This document shows positions 40,007 to 51,548 of a stretch of DNA of 64,000 nucleotides, in pieces. Within the stretch, counting starts at the first letter, position 1. Each line of letters begins with the position of its first letter. This DNA comes from Zygnema circumcarinatum SAG 698-1b (Eukaryota; Plantae; Zygnematophyceae), in contig CM074820.1 of NCBI GenBank assembly GCA_037447605.1, positions 186,001-250,000 of the forward strand, in the 5' to 3' direction. The translations under genes and the position numbers were made by a program. A model generated the notes under the pieces. It made no database searches, was not told the origin of the DNA, and worked only from the letters and a program-made list of their open reading frames with translations.

Positions 40007-41503
40007 TATCTGAAATTCTATACATGGATACATTGGTATATTCGTGTTCTTTCGGTGTCATAGAATTTCTAACGATTCGTAGGCTGAACTTTTCTATGCC
40101 AATTGCTCGGTTTTAGTTCCACCCCGCCTTTTTCTAGTTTTTTCTTTACTTTGTTTTCATTTCAGATTTGAGTTCTTGTTTATTTGTTACCCGGTGCAGA
40201 ACGTTGGGTTGGGGCAGCGTTGCTGCAAGTTCTAAGGACTGGGAGAGGTCCAAACGGTACTGAGCGTTACGGAACATGTAGCCAGTCATCATCACGCTAT
40301 ACATCAGCTGGGCCAGATTTTCGCCAACCTGGCCCCCAAAAAATAAAAATAAAACATTGCTCAGCACACATTCAATGACACATCGCTAGTGGAAAGGGTG
40401 GAGCATTCTTTGCTCGTGAAAAAAAGGGGCTAAATCGAAAAACAAGAGGAGGTTTAAGCCTTTTTGACGAGAGAGGGAGAGAGAAAGAGAGAGAGAGAGA
40501 GAGTAAGGGGACGCGGAGGGGAGCAGCTTCAAAAGAGAAGGGGGTGGAAAGGAGCGAGGAAAGGGGTTGTAGAATTTTTTTTTTACCGTGGTTATGGTCA
40601 CCTCGAAAAACTGTGGGGGCAGAGTCCCTAACATATTCGTGACGGTTTGTCGCATGGCCTCTACTACCTGCATGACATCACTCTTTGTTGCATGTTATGC
40701 ATCTGACATGCATAAATGCTTGCTCCGTGTATTGCAATGGTGGGAGTAGATTGAGACGGTTAAGGGGGAGGAGAAGGAGGAGGGAGAGAGGGAGAGAGGG
40801 GGAGAGGGAGATAGAGAGAGAGAGAAAAGAGAGAAAGAGAGAGAGAGAGAGAGACAGAGAGACATAGAGACAGAGAGACAGAGAGACAGAGAGACAGAGA
40901 GAGAGGGAGAGAAAGAGAGAGAGAGAGACCTGCTCCGGAGCCCTTGTGACAAATTTCTCCATAAACTCAGGCTGCACATTCTTAACGTACTCGAGCAGCA
41001 TCTCTCGCCGTGTCTTTACCTGCAAAGCCATTAAAAATCAAAACACTCAGTGCCTCCTCCAAAACATATTTATTAGGATATAGATTACTGAAATTCCATT
41101 AACATAACTTGTTTTGAGGTCTGCAAATCTAAGGTTCCATTCAATGACATGACTGATCGAAATTGACTGCCTTTGAATCTCTATTCACTGCAGCTGACGT
41201 GTCAGAGCGAGTGAGTGCCACCTGTCGGCCATCCCCTGCAGAGCCCTCTCCGCTCCCTCCCATTGCTCCGTCTGCGAGAGCTGACAGGGTGACACGTGTC
41301 CCTCCACACCCACATTTGTCCTCCGTCCACGTGGCAGCCCGCCTTAGCAACCGCCACGTGGCGCCACCTGAAGTCGCCACGTCACGGCCTCGCACGCTGC
41401 CAGCTGACATACTTTGAGGCCTTCTGAGCTCGATATTTTGGCAGCCATGGCTGAGGCAGGAAGGAGAGAAGGAGGCTTTGGAGTAGGAGAGGAGAGCAGC
41501 CAT
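39326..41503 (-). CDS. Chloroplast DUF760 family protein; one internal exon probably lies in the N gap
   Basis: Transit-peptide exon, then LLEYVKNVQPEFMEKFV.RAP.Q, VVEAMRQTVTNMLGTLPPQFF, ENLAQLMYSVMMTGYMFRNAQYRL, ELT.SAGEDALEAMNAFIQRLL and ELAKLLYWLMVVGYSIRNIEVR. Confidence 0.9.
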
Positions 41504-41669
41504 GGAGGGACTTTAGGGTTCAGAACTTATGTAACTTTAGGATTTCAACGTTTCTAAGGCTTAAATAGTTACAAAACAAGGCGTCCAGCATTGTCAAAGT
41601 TTTCTATTTTAAGGGTTACAAAGGGGGGAGGAAGGAGAGAGCGAGAGGGGGCAGCCATGGCTGCGGGAA

Positions 41670-41765
41670 GCTGAGGAACTGACACGTGGCAAAATATGAA
41701 TTGCACGTGGCAGGCAAAGAGAAGAGACACCTGTCATCGTCTAAAAGGACACGTGGAGGATTGGC
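41670..41765. promoter_or_regulatory. G-box cluster in the divergent DUF760/cyclin C promoter
   Basis: gacacgtggc, tgcacgtggc and gacacgtgga within ~80 bp. Confidence 0.6.
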
Positions 41766-42324
41766 CATCGCCAGAGATGGCCGCCATGGATTTTAGGGTT
41801 TTGAAGAATCTCATCTTTTCCCCCGTCCGGCTTTTTACCCCTCTGGGAAAAATGTAGTCAGCATTTGAAATAAGTTTTAAATTTCGAATTTTTGCCACGC
41901 ATTCATAACTTCGAATCTGAACTTTCGAAAAAAAAAAATTCATATGCGCTCAACCCACGTCATATGATCTAGTTTTTGGATGACGTCAACACATAAGCAA
42001 AAACACGTAATGTTTCGAATTACGTGACGTCATACCATATGGTCTGGAGTACGGATAGTTTTTCCTACAGTAGCAAATTTGGTTTCTACGTGTACGGCCT
42101 CGATCCAGAACTTTGTAAGCTGCCCAAAAAATAAATTTTCGATTTTGTTAGAAACATATTACAGTTACGGCCCAAATAACACCGTCGTCTTTCTGCTTCA
42201 TGACGGTCAAATTTTAACTGTTTTTTGAAGAAATTTCTTTTCCCTTTTCCCTTTTTCTTTTTTTTTTCATTTTATTTTTTCAGCCCTAAAGTTTTCCTCC
42301 TCGTCTTGCTCTCTCCGCCAAGAC

Positions 42325-45300
42325 ATGGCGGCGAATTTTTGGGTTTCTTCACACAGGTATGTTTTTTTTTCCTTTTTCCTAACGACTCTGAAAAAGCCTT
42401 GAACTTATGAAATTTCTTAAATATAAATTTCAATGTATTGTTTATTTGCTGTTGTTAACTTCTCAAATTTTCTGCATCTCCTGACCCCCCTTTTTTTTTT
42501 TTTTGGCAGCAAGAAGCTTCTGGATGCCGAGGACATCGCGCGCATGTCTCCGGCCGACCAGGAGGTCGGCCTCACTGCCGAGGACGCCAAGTTCATCAAA
42601 ATGCACTGCTCTCTAAGTAAGAGCTTTGGGGTTTCTAGGGTTTCTAGGGTTTCGTCAGGGCTTACGGTACTTTAGGGTTGGTAGCTTTTAGGTTTTTTAG
42701 GGGTTTTAGGGTTTAGGGTTTTAGGGTTGTTAACGGTTTCAGGCTTTCTAGGGTTTTTTAGGGTTGACTTTTTCTGCTAAACAATTTGTTTTGGCTGAAA
42801 GTCAGTTGTCAACTTTTATTGATCTCTGTCCTCGTTATTCATCTATTGATCTTTTTCCTTTTTTAACTTTTTTTCCCTAATCGGTGTCTGACAGATATAA
42901 AGTTACTCGCACAACACGTGAAGGTTCGGCAAAGGTCTGTTTTCTGAGCAGGATGGCTCTTTTATGGAAACTAAATTCCATTTGTCGTGCAATAATCTCA
43001 ATGTGTTTATCTACGTATTTGAGCGCTTCATTAGTAAATATTGCCTTTGTTTACTCCACCTGTTTCACCTTTTAGGATTCCTTTCACATTTTTTGTTTGA
43101 ATCTAAACATGTCTCTAGGCAATCTGCTTAGGTTTCCTTCGTCTTCCCTCTTCTCCCTTCAACCCTCCTCCTCCTCCTCCTCCTCCTCCTCCTCCTGCCT
43201 CTCTCTTCCCTCGTCTACTCAACGAGTCTCCCCATCCTTTCCTCTCCACCCCACTCTCTCTCTCCCCCCCTCTCACTCTCTCTCTTTCCCTCCCTCTCCC
43301 CCTCCCTCCCTCTCTTCTCCCCCGTCCCCCAACTTCCTCTGCGCAGGGTTGTAGCAACAGCAATCGCCTACTTTCGGAGAGTATATGTCAAGTAAGCCTG
43401 GCAAACCCTTAATCCTTTCTTTATCTAAATCAAGAGGAAAAAGTGGTCCATCTTTTCCATGGAAATGTAATGGCGAAATCTCGCCTGACACACACATTAC
43501 CTGCCTTTTGACCTTTTTTCCCAAAGGAACCCAAACTCGACCCCATCTACCCCATTTGTTGTGCCCCCACCTTCCCCCCCCACTCCCCTCCCATTTTTTT
43601 AAACGAGCTTATGTTGACACTTAAATTCTGCTTCCCAGAAAATCTTATTGCGAATACGACCCTCGCCTTGTAGCGCCGGCTTGTCTTTATTTGGCATCAA
43701 AAGCGGAAGAATGTACCGTCCAGGCTAAAGTTCTGGTCTTTTATATGAAGAAACTCTGTACGTGCTTCTCCTTCCATTTATTTTCACAGTTGGCCCTTCC
43801 TTCGACTAGTTTGGACGAAGTTAGCTTGAGAGAGAGAGAGACGGGGAGGGGTGTGGGGGGGAGAGAGAGGGAGAGGTAGGGGAGGAGAGGGACAGGGTGT
43901 GACGTTCTTTGCTACATTCTTCTCCTTAACACCTGCTCCCACTTTTCCCTCTTCTATCTCCTTCTCTTCCTTCCTCGCTTCCCCTTGTGTTCCCCTTCGG
44001 TTCCCTTGCTATCTCCCCTCCATCCCCTACCCCCTCCCTCCCTCCCTCCCTCCCTCCCTCCCTCCCTCCCGCTCCTCCTCTCCCTAGCTCTCTCCCGCTC
44101 TGTCTCTCTCTTCGTAAACACAAACATCTTTGAGCCGTGTTCCATTGGCTGCAGGGCCCTCCGTTGGGTTTGAGATAAAGGACATATTGGAGATGGAGAT
44201 GAAGCTGCTCGAAGCTCTCGACTATTACCTGCTCGTCTTCCATCCCTATCGGCCCCTCGCTCTGTTAGTGGCAGTTTTTCTTCTATCTATTTTATGGATA
44301 TTTCCTTCCTTTTGTCTATCATCAATGCCTCTTTGAGGTGCTTAGGTCTTGGATGCCTTTCCTTTCAAACTTCCGTTAACATTATGTGACCATATAAGGG
44401 CCGTTTGTCTTTATGTCTTAGAGGTTCGCTGGCTGTTACCTGTAACGGAGTGCAGTTACATCGTCAGTAAACCGTAGCAGGGAACGGTTGCAGGTATGTC
44501 AAGGACGCGGGACTCGGCCAAGACATCATGCAAACATGCTGGTGGGTGTTCTATGGGAGCCGTTTAACGGCTGTGACGAAATTCGAAACGGAACTGCAAA
44601 AGAGGCTGCTTTCAGTTCCAGAGGTGTTGCTGTTGTGGACGGAGGCAGAGAACACCTTTTGGTTGAAGTTAAAAAAAAAAAAAAAAAACGCGAGCCAATG
44701 TTCATCGTATTTAGTGTGGAAAAAGGCCGAGTTCGCAATTAGTGTGACCCACACCAACGACGATGAACGCTGTTAAACCTTAATCTTTATTAATTAATCT
44801 TTATTTTTTTCATTCAAGATTATTCCATTTTGAGTCTGAGTGGCTTTCTCGCGCAGGTCCTTGGCCAACGACTCGTACCGCACCGACCTGTGCCTGCTGT
44901 ACCCCCCCCACATGATCGCCCTCTCCTGCATCTACATGGCCTGCGTGCTCAAGGAGAGGGACACGCGCACATGGTTCGAGGACCTGCGCACCGACATGAA
45001 CATGGTGCATCCCCCCCCCTCCCGCCTCAAATGCATGCATACATCCATGCATGCATGCATGGAACATGCGCATCATGTATGCATGCTGCACATGGGATGA
45101 GTCCAGCATTCACTAACATGATAGTGAGGGCGTTTCCCAAGATTATGGCATCGACCTCTCCTAATTGTTCTACTATAGTCTACCATGTCTCCTATGGCAT
45201 GTACCATTTGTCTACATAATGGTTGTCTTTATGTGAAAGGGAGGGAGGGAAAGAGGGAGAGGCGCAGAGAGGGAGAGAGGGTGTAAGACAAGTATTGGTG

Positions 45301-45501
45301 AATAGAGGCAAACGGATGTGATGTGATGTGATGTGATATGATCGGCTCACTGTGATGCAGATCCGCAACATCACCATGGAGCTCATGGACTATTACGAGC
45401 ACTACCGCTCCGTTCCTGAGGAGAGAACGAACGCGGCTTTCCGAAAGTTGCTGCAGCGTCCTCCTCCTCCTCGCAGCAGCAGCAGCAGGGAAGCGTTCTA
45501 A
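42325..45501 (+). CDS. CYCC1: Cyclin C (Mediator CDK8 module)
   Basis: MAANFWVSSH, VKVRQRVVATAIAYFRRVY, YDPRLVAPACLYLASKAEE, DILEMEMKLLEALDYYLLVFHPYRPL, NDSYRTDLCLLYPPHMIALSCIY. Nine GT-AG exons. Confidence 0.96.
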
Positions 45502-46241
45502 CACCCTCTGCTTGTTGCCCCTCCGTCTGTCACCTTTGTACATAACGGCACAATTGTAAAAAGAGCCTCTTCCCACCAACCGCACTTGCTGCTCCCCTCC
45601 TTGTTGGAACGCAGTCCCTTCATAGATAGAGCTAAGGCTCCGTGTGTAGTCCTAAAGCATCCTATGATGATAAGAGAATGGTAGTTGGTACAAGCAGGTG
45701 TTACACTTCATTATTTCCTTTCACGCGAGATGCACCAACAAAAAGAGTGCTTGATGGCTGCCCTTTGCCCTCTCGTCTGAAAGCTGGAATGTTTATTGAT
45801 ACCAAGCTTTCTCCCGCTTCCTCTTTACACCACCTGCCCAATGTGGGCTCTGTACACTGACTAAAAATTGCAGTTCTACCATAGCACTGCGTTCCTGCCA
45901 GAGAAAAAAGGGGAAGAAATTGTATGCAGTGTCTACAGCCCATTGGAAACACCTCTTAACCCTACAAGGAAGGATTTGCTTACATGAAGCCTCCTGTCTG
46001 ACTCCTTCGAGCAAGCCAAGAGGGGGAAAAAGGGCACCAACGGGTGAAACGAAGTTGTAGGCACTCACGGACTCCGCCCTAAAACTGCCCATTTTCTAAA
46101 GATACAGCTCAGATCGCACAGAATTCAGAGTAGTAGAAATGAAGGCCCGCTAAGTTTGGGGCTACCACGTCTGTTGGGGTCTACAGGGTGCATTAGGCTA
46201 TTGCTGTGGAGCAGAAAAAACGAACGCTTGTTTCTTCTCGT

Positions 46242-48905
46242 TTACCAGGGGCCCGTCCTCGTTCGCCGAAGTGCCTTCGCTGCGGGTTGTTCCTCAGATT
46301 TGTTATCCGTTACAAGGGGTGAAAGCACCTCCAAAACCTGTTGTCAGAACATCCGAGTCTTTGGTTAAGTGTGAAGCAACTGTTGTCGTGCTCGTCCTTT
46401 CAGCGGAACATCCTGTGGGCAAAGAACGACAAGCACGAATACTAGCTGGCCTAAGCCGCTACAGGAAGTAAAACCGTACCCTTTTTCGTCGCTGCTCCTC
46501 AACCTCTCTATGAATTTTTACCTGCGATCATAAGCAAACAAATCATGGCTTTAATTTGCAGAAAAGGTCCGCATATCTTCGACAGGGAACAAACAAACAA
46601 CAACAAACAATTTTGACTGTTTGTTTTCAATTTCATTTATACGACAGAAGTACACCCTTCTGCATATGGCGAGGAAACAGGTAAAACTTCAAACAACTTT
46701 TGGCCGGTTTTCACCCACTCAAGCTGGCTACTGTATCAGAAAAGGGTACAGTCTACAGCAAGCATACATTCATCATAAAAACACGCATACATGAAAAATT
46801 CTTCCATCCGCTTAACCATTCAGCCTGAAGCCAGTACAAGAGCACTCGTTCTCGACATAGCATGACCCTTCACTTGCCTTTACACACTTGCATTAGAGAC
46901 ATATTTGATATTCCTTTCAAGTGTATGCCGCCACAAGGAATTGACCTCCTCCAGGTGGCAGTTCAGCAACAGGGAGCGACCCGTTGCATCTGACGGACAG
47001 AAACAAAAATTGTGAAAGGGACATGAGGAACAGACGACTGCTTGACATCAGAAGCCATTCAAATCAGAATGGAAAAGTCATCACAATCAACCAAAAAATC
47101 TCATCACACATTGAAAGAGAAAGCCGCCCACCCAGTGGTCAATAAATTGAAGTAAAGCCGCAATCATGCATTAAAGACATGAGAGAGAGGAGGGAGTGAG
47201 AGAGGTCGAGAGAGAAAGAGAGAGAAAGAGAGCAACATACCTGCTGCTTTCGTAATTGCTCATTCTGACTTTTCAGTTCGTCCACTTCTGCTTCTAGCTC
47301 CACAGTATACGCCTGCAATCATGTCAACCCCCCCATTGAATTTTTCAAGATCAGTGAATTCCTCTAGCATAAAAGAAAGAAGTGAAAAATGAACTGCAAA
47401 AATCATAGCACGATACCTTACATACATGAGTTGAATCAAAGCCAGGCACGCAAAGTATTGTGTCCCACATGTAAGTTTTGCAAGAGCACTACTGAAAACG
47501 AACACTCGTAAATCACTGATTGAAGAGAACTGAAAAATGAAAAGCATCCAATGTCACCACCAATCAACACACTTCAAGACCAGACCGTATCCAGCTTTTT
47601 TTGTATAAACCATATTTCCCTCAGTCAACATTCAGTCATCAGTCTGATCAATCATTTGCTCTCCTCACTCTCTCATCCTCCCGCTCTCCCTACCTGTTTC
47701 CGTGCACGAGATCGTGCGGCTGACTCACGGTTCTTGATCATCCGTCGCTGTCGCCTTTCAACGACCTTCTCCACGACATCACCGCCACGCTTTCTTTCCC
47801 GCAGAAGCGTGTCATTTTGCCCTGCAACTAAAGCAGTAGTGACTCCAGTACCAGTAGGAGTTGTGGGAGATACAGGAGACCTCGCTTCCATCAGCTGCTG
47901 CTGCTGCTGCGGCCGAGGAGAAATTACAAGAGATGACGGAAAATTGCCAAAATTTGGAACACTAGTGAGAGCAGATGCCAATTCTGCTGCTTGCTTCTGG
48001 AAGAAAGGACGCTGTCGTTGCATTACTGCTGCCATTGCTGCTTGCTGCTGCTGCTGCTGCTGCTTATGCTCTGCTAAGACTGCCATCTGCGACGCATTAT
48101 TCAGCTGATAACTCATCCATTCAGAGTGCTGCTGATTCGCTGCGTTTTGAATCGCTTCAAGAGTCGTTTGAGCAGGTGTCTGTGAGGACCTGCTGGCGCT
48201 CTCTGGAATCATCATCCTTGCAGAATGCATGTTCGCCTGCCCATAAGGCGCTTGAAAGGCACCACCGCCTCCAAAAGGTGAGTTTATTATAGCAGCTGCA
48301 CCGCGCCTTTCAATTCCGACTCCAGCATCCGCAGTAACTGTAGCTGCAGTACCTAAATCCTCCTTCACCAAACCGGCTTTCTGGAGGAAATCCTCCAAAG
48401 TCATCTCTCCAAAAGTATGCTGCCGCTGCTGCTGTCCACCTCCAGCCCCTCGGCTCAGATCAAGTGAACCATTGATATCCTGCCACACCTCATCAACTGT
48501 TTTCCGACTCATACCTTGCGGTATTGTAAGGCTGTTTTGCTTCAGTATTGAGGCTTGTCTTGCGAGTGCTATCTGATGCGACTGATCCACGCCGGCAGGG
48601 GCCGCCATGGCCGCTCCCGCCACAGCGTGATTCTCATCTGCCGTGAAAAGCATCTTCAAAAATTCGTCCATGTTCATGCTGCCAATGCTCTGCTTCAATC
48701 CTGGCCCGCATACTGACCTCTGAAACTCGTCAAAGGTCAGATTGTACACCGAAGGCTGCCGGGGAACGCCACTGCCATGTAGCTGCTGAAGGTGCAGCTG
48801 CTGGTTAGGAATCAGCTGCTCCTGCTGCTGCACCTGCAGTTGCAAGCGTTGCTCCATGGGGGTGAACGCCATGGCCGCCGCAGGAGGCACCGCCTCCATT
48901 CCCAT
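46242..48905 (-). CDS. Group A bZIP transcription factor (ABF/AREB/ABI5-like)
   Basis: C1 RQPSVYNLTFDEFQ..GSMNMDEFL, C2 LARQAS..KTVDEVW, C3 RQHTFGEMTLEDFL.KAG, basic region ERRQRRMIKNRESAARSRARKQ|AYTVELE, and C4 LRRTRTGPW*. Exons 48905-47693, ~47312-47241, ~46521-46480 and ~46337-46242. Confidence 0.95.
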
Positions 48906-49324
48906 CAGCTTCCTGGCGGCTCTTTCCCGCGCCCGGCTTCTTGCATCCTGTCCTGCCAGATTGAATAACAGACTACTGTGGCTTCTTGCAAAATAACGCG
49001 ATCTTGAAACAGCCTCAGGTCAATATCGTCAATCGTTACTCCGAAAAAAAACCACCTACAGAGATAGCATGCTATCAACAAGATCAATACGCATCCATAT
49101 GTATCAAAACCACCTCAAAATCACTTGATTTGGAGAGACAGCAGCGCCCTCCTGCAGAGCGCCGGCCGCCATGGCTCCTCGCAAAGCAAAAGCTTCGTCC
49201 AAGATTCAAACTACGGAAGGAAAACTCATACCATCACATTTCGGTTACCTTTCTTCCCCGCAGCCCGCGGGCAGTTCGAATTATTTTTGCTCTAAAAAAA
49301 AGTTCTCCACACGCGACTCTTCTA

Positions 49325-49479
49325 GGGGTATCAGACAACAAAATCTTACGAAAAGCGTTACAAAACAAAAGGTTGAAAAAGTACTCCGCTGCTAAGAAAT
49401 CACCATTTTACTGGAGTTCGTTTTCTAATTTGAAACTTACAAACACGCTACTAACGTTTTTCTTAAGTCTGACACGCCC
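49325..49479. mobile_element. TA-flanked MITE between the ABF first exon and its ABRE cluster
   Basis: ta|ggggtatcagac ... gtctgacacgccc|ta. Confidence 0.65.
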
Positions 49480-49549
49480 TATTGGTACAAACTCCAGCCC
49501 CAAATTTTCGGGCAGTTTTTTTTTTTATTCGTGCATGTCCCCTCAGCAG

Positions 49550-49950
49550 CCGCCACGTCATCGCGCCAAAAGCGAGCAGCGACCCAAACGGGACCGGCCC
49601 ATGCACTGCACCGCTCGAGCGGTCGACACGTGGGTACTTCTCCACGTGTCAGCAATCCATTCGTCAATTCTGCCGCCCACGGTTGGCAGGCGGCGCTTTT
49701 TGCGCCTGGGAGGGACCGCAAAGCGCGATATCCACTGCCACGTGGCGGAGGCCGACCCAGCGCTTGTCACGTGTACAAGCTTGGCCAGATGTCGCCTCGA
49801 CGTACGATCTCGCGGATCTCGGTGCGCGTCGTTTTCCTGCCGGCCCGGGCGGCAGGAAAACGACGCGGGTCGCCTCGCCTCTAACTTTTATCGTCAAGCG
49901 TTTGCCAATGGCCATTCGCCACGTATGCATAGTTTCCACGTGGCACGTTC
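49550..49950. promoter_or_regulatory. ABRE/G-box cluster upstream of the ABF gene
   Basis: gccacgtca, gacacgtgg, ccacgtgtc, gccacgtggc, tcacgtgt, gccacgta, ccacgtggc plus CGCGT/ACGCG coupling-element-like words within ~400 bp. Confidence 0.7.
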
Positions 49951-50021
49951 CGATCGGTTAGATGTTCGTGCTTTTAAGAGCATGGGTTCGGGAGGGGAAT
50001 GGAGGGGGGGCCTTCCCATTA

Positions 50022-50154
50022 GGGGGTGTCAGACTTAAAAATTGTTCGTAAGTTTGAGACCAGAACGAGTACTTCGGTGACATCGCAATCCTGGTGCGGC
50101 GGAGTACTTACAAAACTTTTTTGTTCGTAAGATTTCGTTAAGTCTGACACCCCC
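50022..50154. mobile_element. TA-flanked MITE, TIR GGGGGTGTCAGACTTAA
   Basis: Perfect 17-bp TIR with TA on both sides. Confidence 0.8.
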
Positions 50155-50159
50155 TATTA

Positions 50160-50735
50160 GGGCGTGTCAGACTTAACAAAATGTTACGAATATCGAGTTT
50201 TTAGTATTACGAGAATCGAGGTTACTAAGTACTAAAAATCATCGCGCCCCCGAACCTAAACCGAACCGAACGGAAGTCAACTGTACTAAGTCAACGGGTC
50301 AACGTTGCGAAGATTGACCCGTGGGGTTTACTGAAATTGCATTTCTTCGCACGATTTTGTTCGCACCCAAAAGAGGCGCCGAAATGGACGTGCGAAGAAA
50401 ATACTGGCGAGAATCGCGTCAACGTGACGTCATGGTTGTTTTCCCGGCTTCCCGCCGCGCCCGCGCCCGCCCGTGACGCGCAACACGACACAACGACAAG
50501 CGGTCTCCGCGCGCCGCGCCGGCGCTGTTTCTAAGTCTGAGGGCCCCGCGCGAGGGCGAAGTTGCGAAGACGGCGTTTGGAGAAGTGCGAAGACGGAGAT
50601 CGCGGAGTGCGAACAGGACCGCGCCGCGAGTGCGAAGAACTAGGCTCGGGAATTTTAGTTTTACTGACGTTGACTCGAAATGTTACGAATATCGAGTTTT
50701 TAGTATTACGAGAATTTTTTAAGTCTGACACGCCG
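50160..50735. mobile_element. Longer member of the same MITE family with an internal ~38-bp direct repeat and GC-rich core
   Basis: gggcgtgtcagacttaa ... ttaagtctgacacgccg|ta. The sequence aaatgttacgaatatcgagtttttagtattacgagaat occurs at ~50179 and ~50678. Confidence 0.78.
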
Positions 50736-51548
50736 TATTGTCGTGGCTTCTGACAGTGGTAATTCAGATTGGCCTAAAAGGGTTCACTGTCCAAAATTGT
50801 GGGCATGTTATGATGGCCTTGATGGGTTCTAATTGGGAGGATGTGAAAATGAGTACAAAGCAACCCCATCTCCAGCCCTATTTGTAAAGTGATCCTCATT
50901 TCGCATGCTACGCACTTGATTTCCTTAGCCAATTGCAATGTTGGGTTGCCCCACAATTCAAACTTCCCGAGTTCGAAGCCTCGAACCAATAACTCAAAAC
51001 TCCTGCAACGGTGGTTTGTCTGTCTGGTGGCAGCCCCCAGCTCCGCCCCATAGTTTAACTTTCCTAAACAAATTTAATCCAAACCAAAAACGAAAAGCAA
51101 AAAACTGCACTACTCCAAGCAACAACTAACACTTTCAATTTCCTCCGCCCCAATTTTTTTGTCTTCCAGAAAAAAAAAAAAAAAAAAATGTCTTTCGAAG
51201 CAGCTCCTTGCCTTCTCCTTCCCTCCTCCAAAAATGGGTCCTCGACTCTATTCCCTTCGCACCTTCCAAAACCATCCCCGCTCTCAGTACCGCCTGAATA
51301 CCGTATTCCAAAATATCGTATCGTATCGCATCTCATCATATCCACCATATCGCAATGTATCGCCGAACTCCGCACCAGACATCACCGCCGCACCAATACC
51401 GTCTCAAACCTTGCACGTACCATATCGTATCGAGAATAAAGTATCACAAAAAACCGAATCGCACGATGCCACATCGTACCGTATCGTACCGTACCATATC
51501 GGCACGTCACTCCTCCGATCCTGTCCGTCCCAGGCAAACCTATTCCAT

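Noticed and set aside
39700-40190. DUF760 gene as a pseudogene lacking its middle segment
   Set aside because: An N gap at 39956-39965 falls where the missing exon is expected.
48986-50038. 350-aa plus-strand ORF
   Set aside because: It is antisense across the ABF promoter and a MITE, starts at a non-ATG codon and has no recognisable domain.
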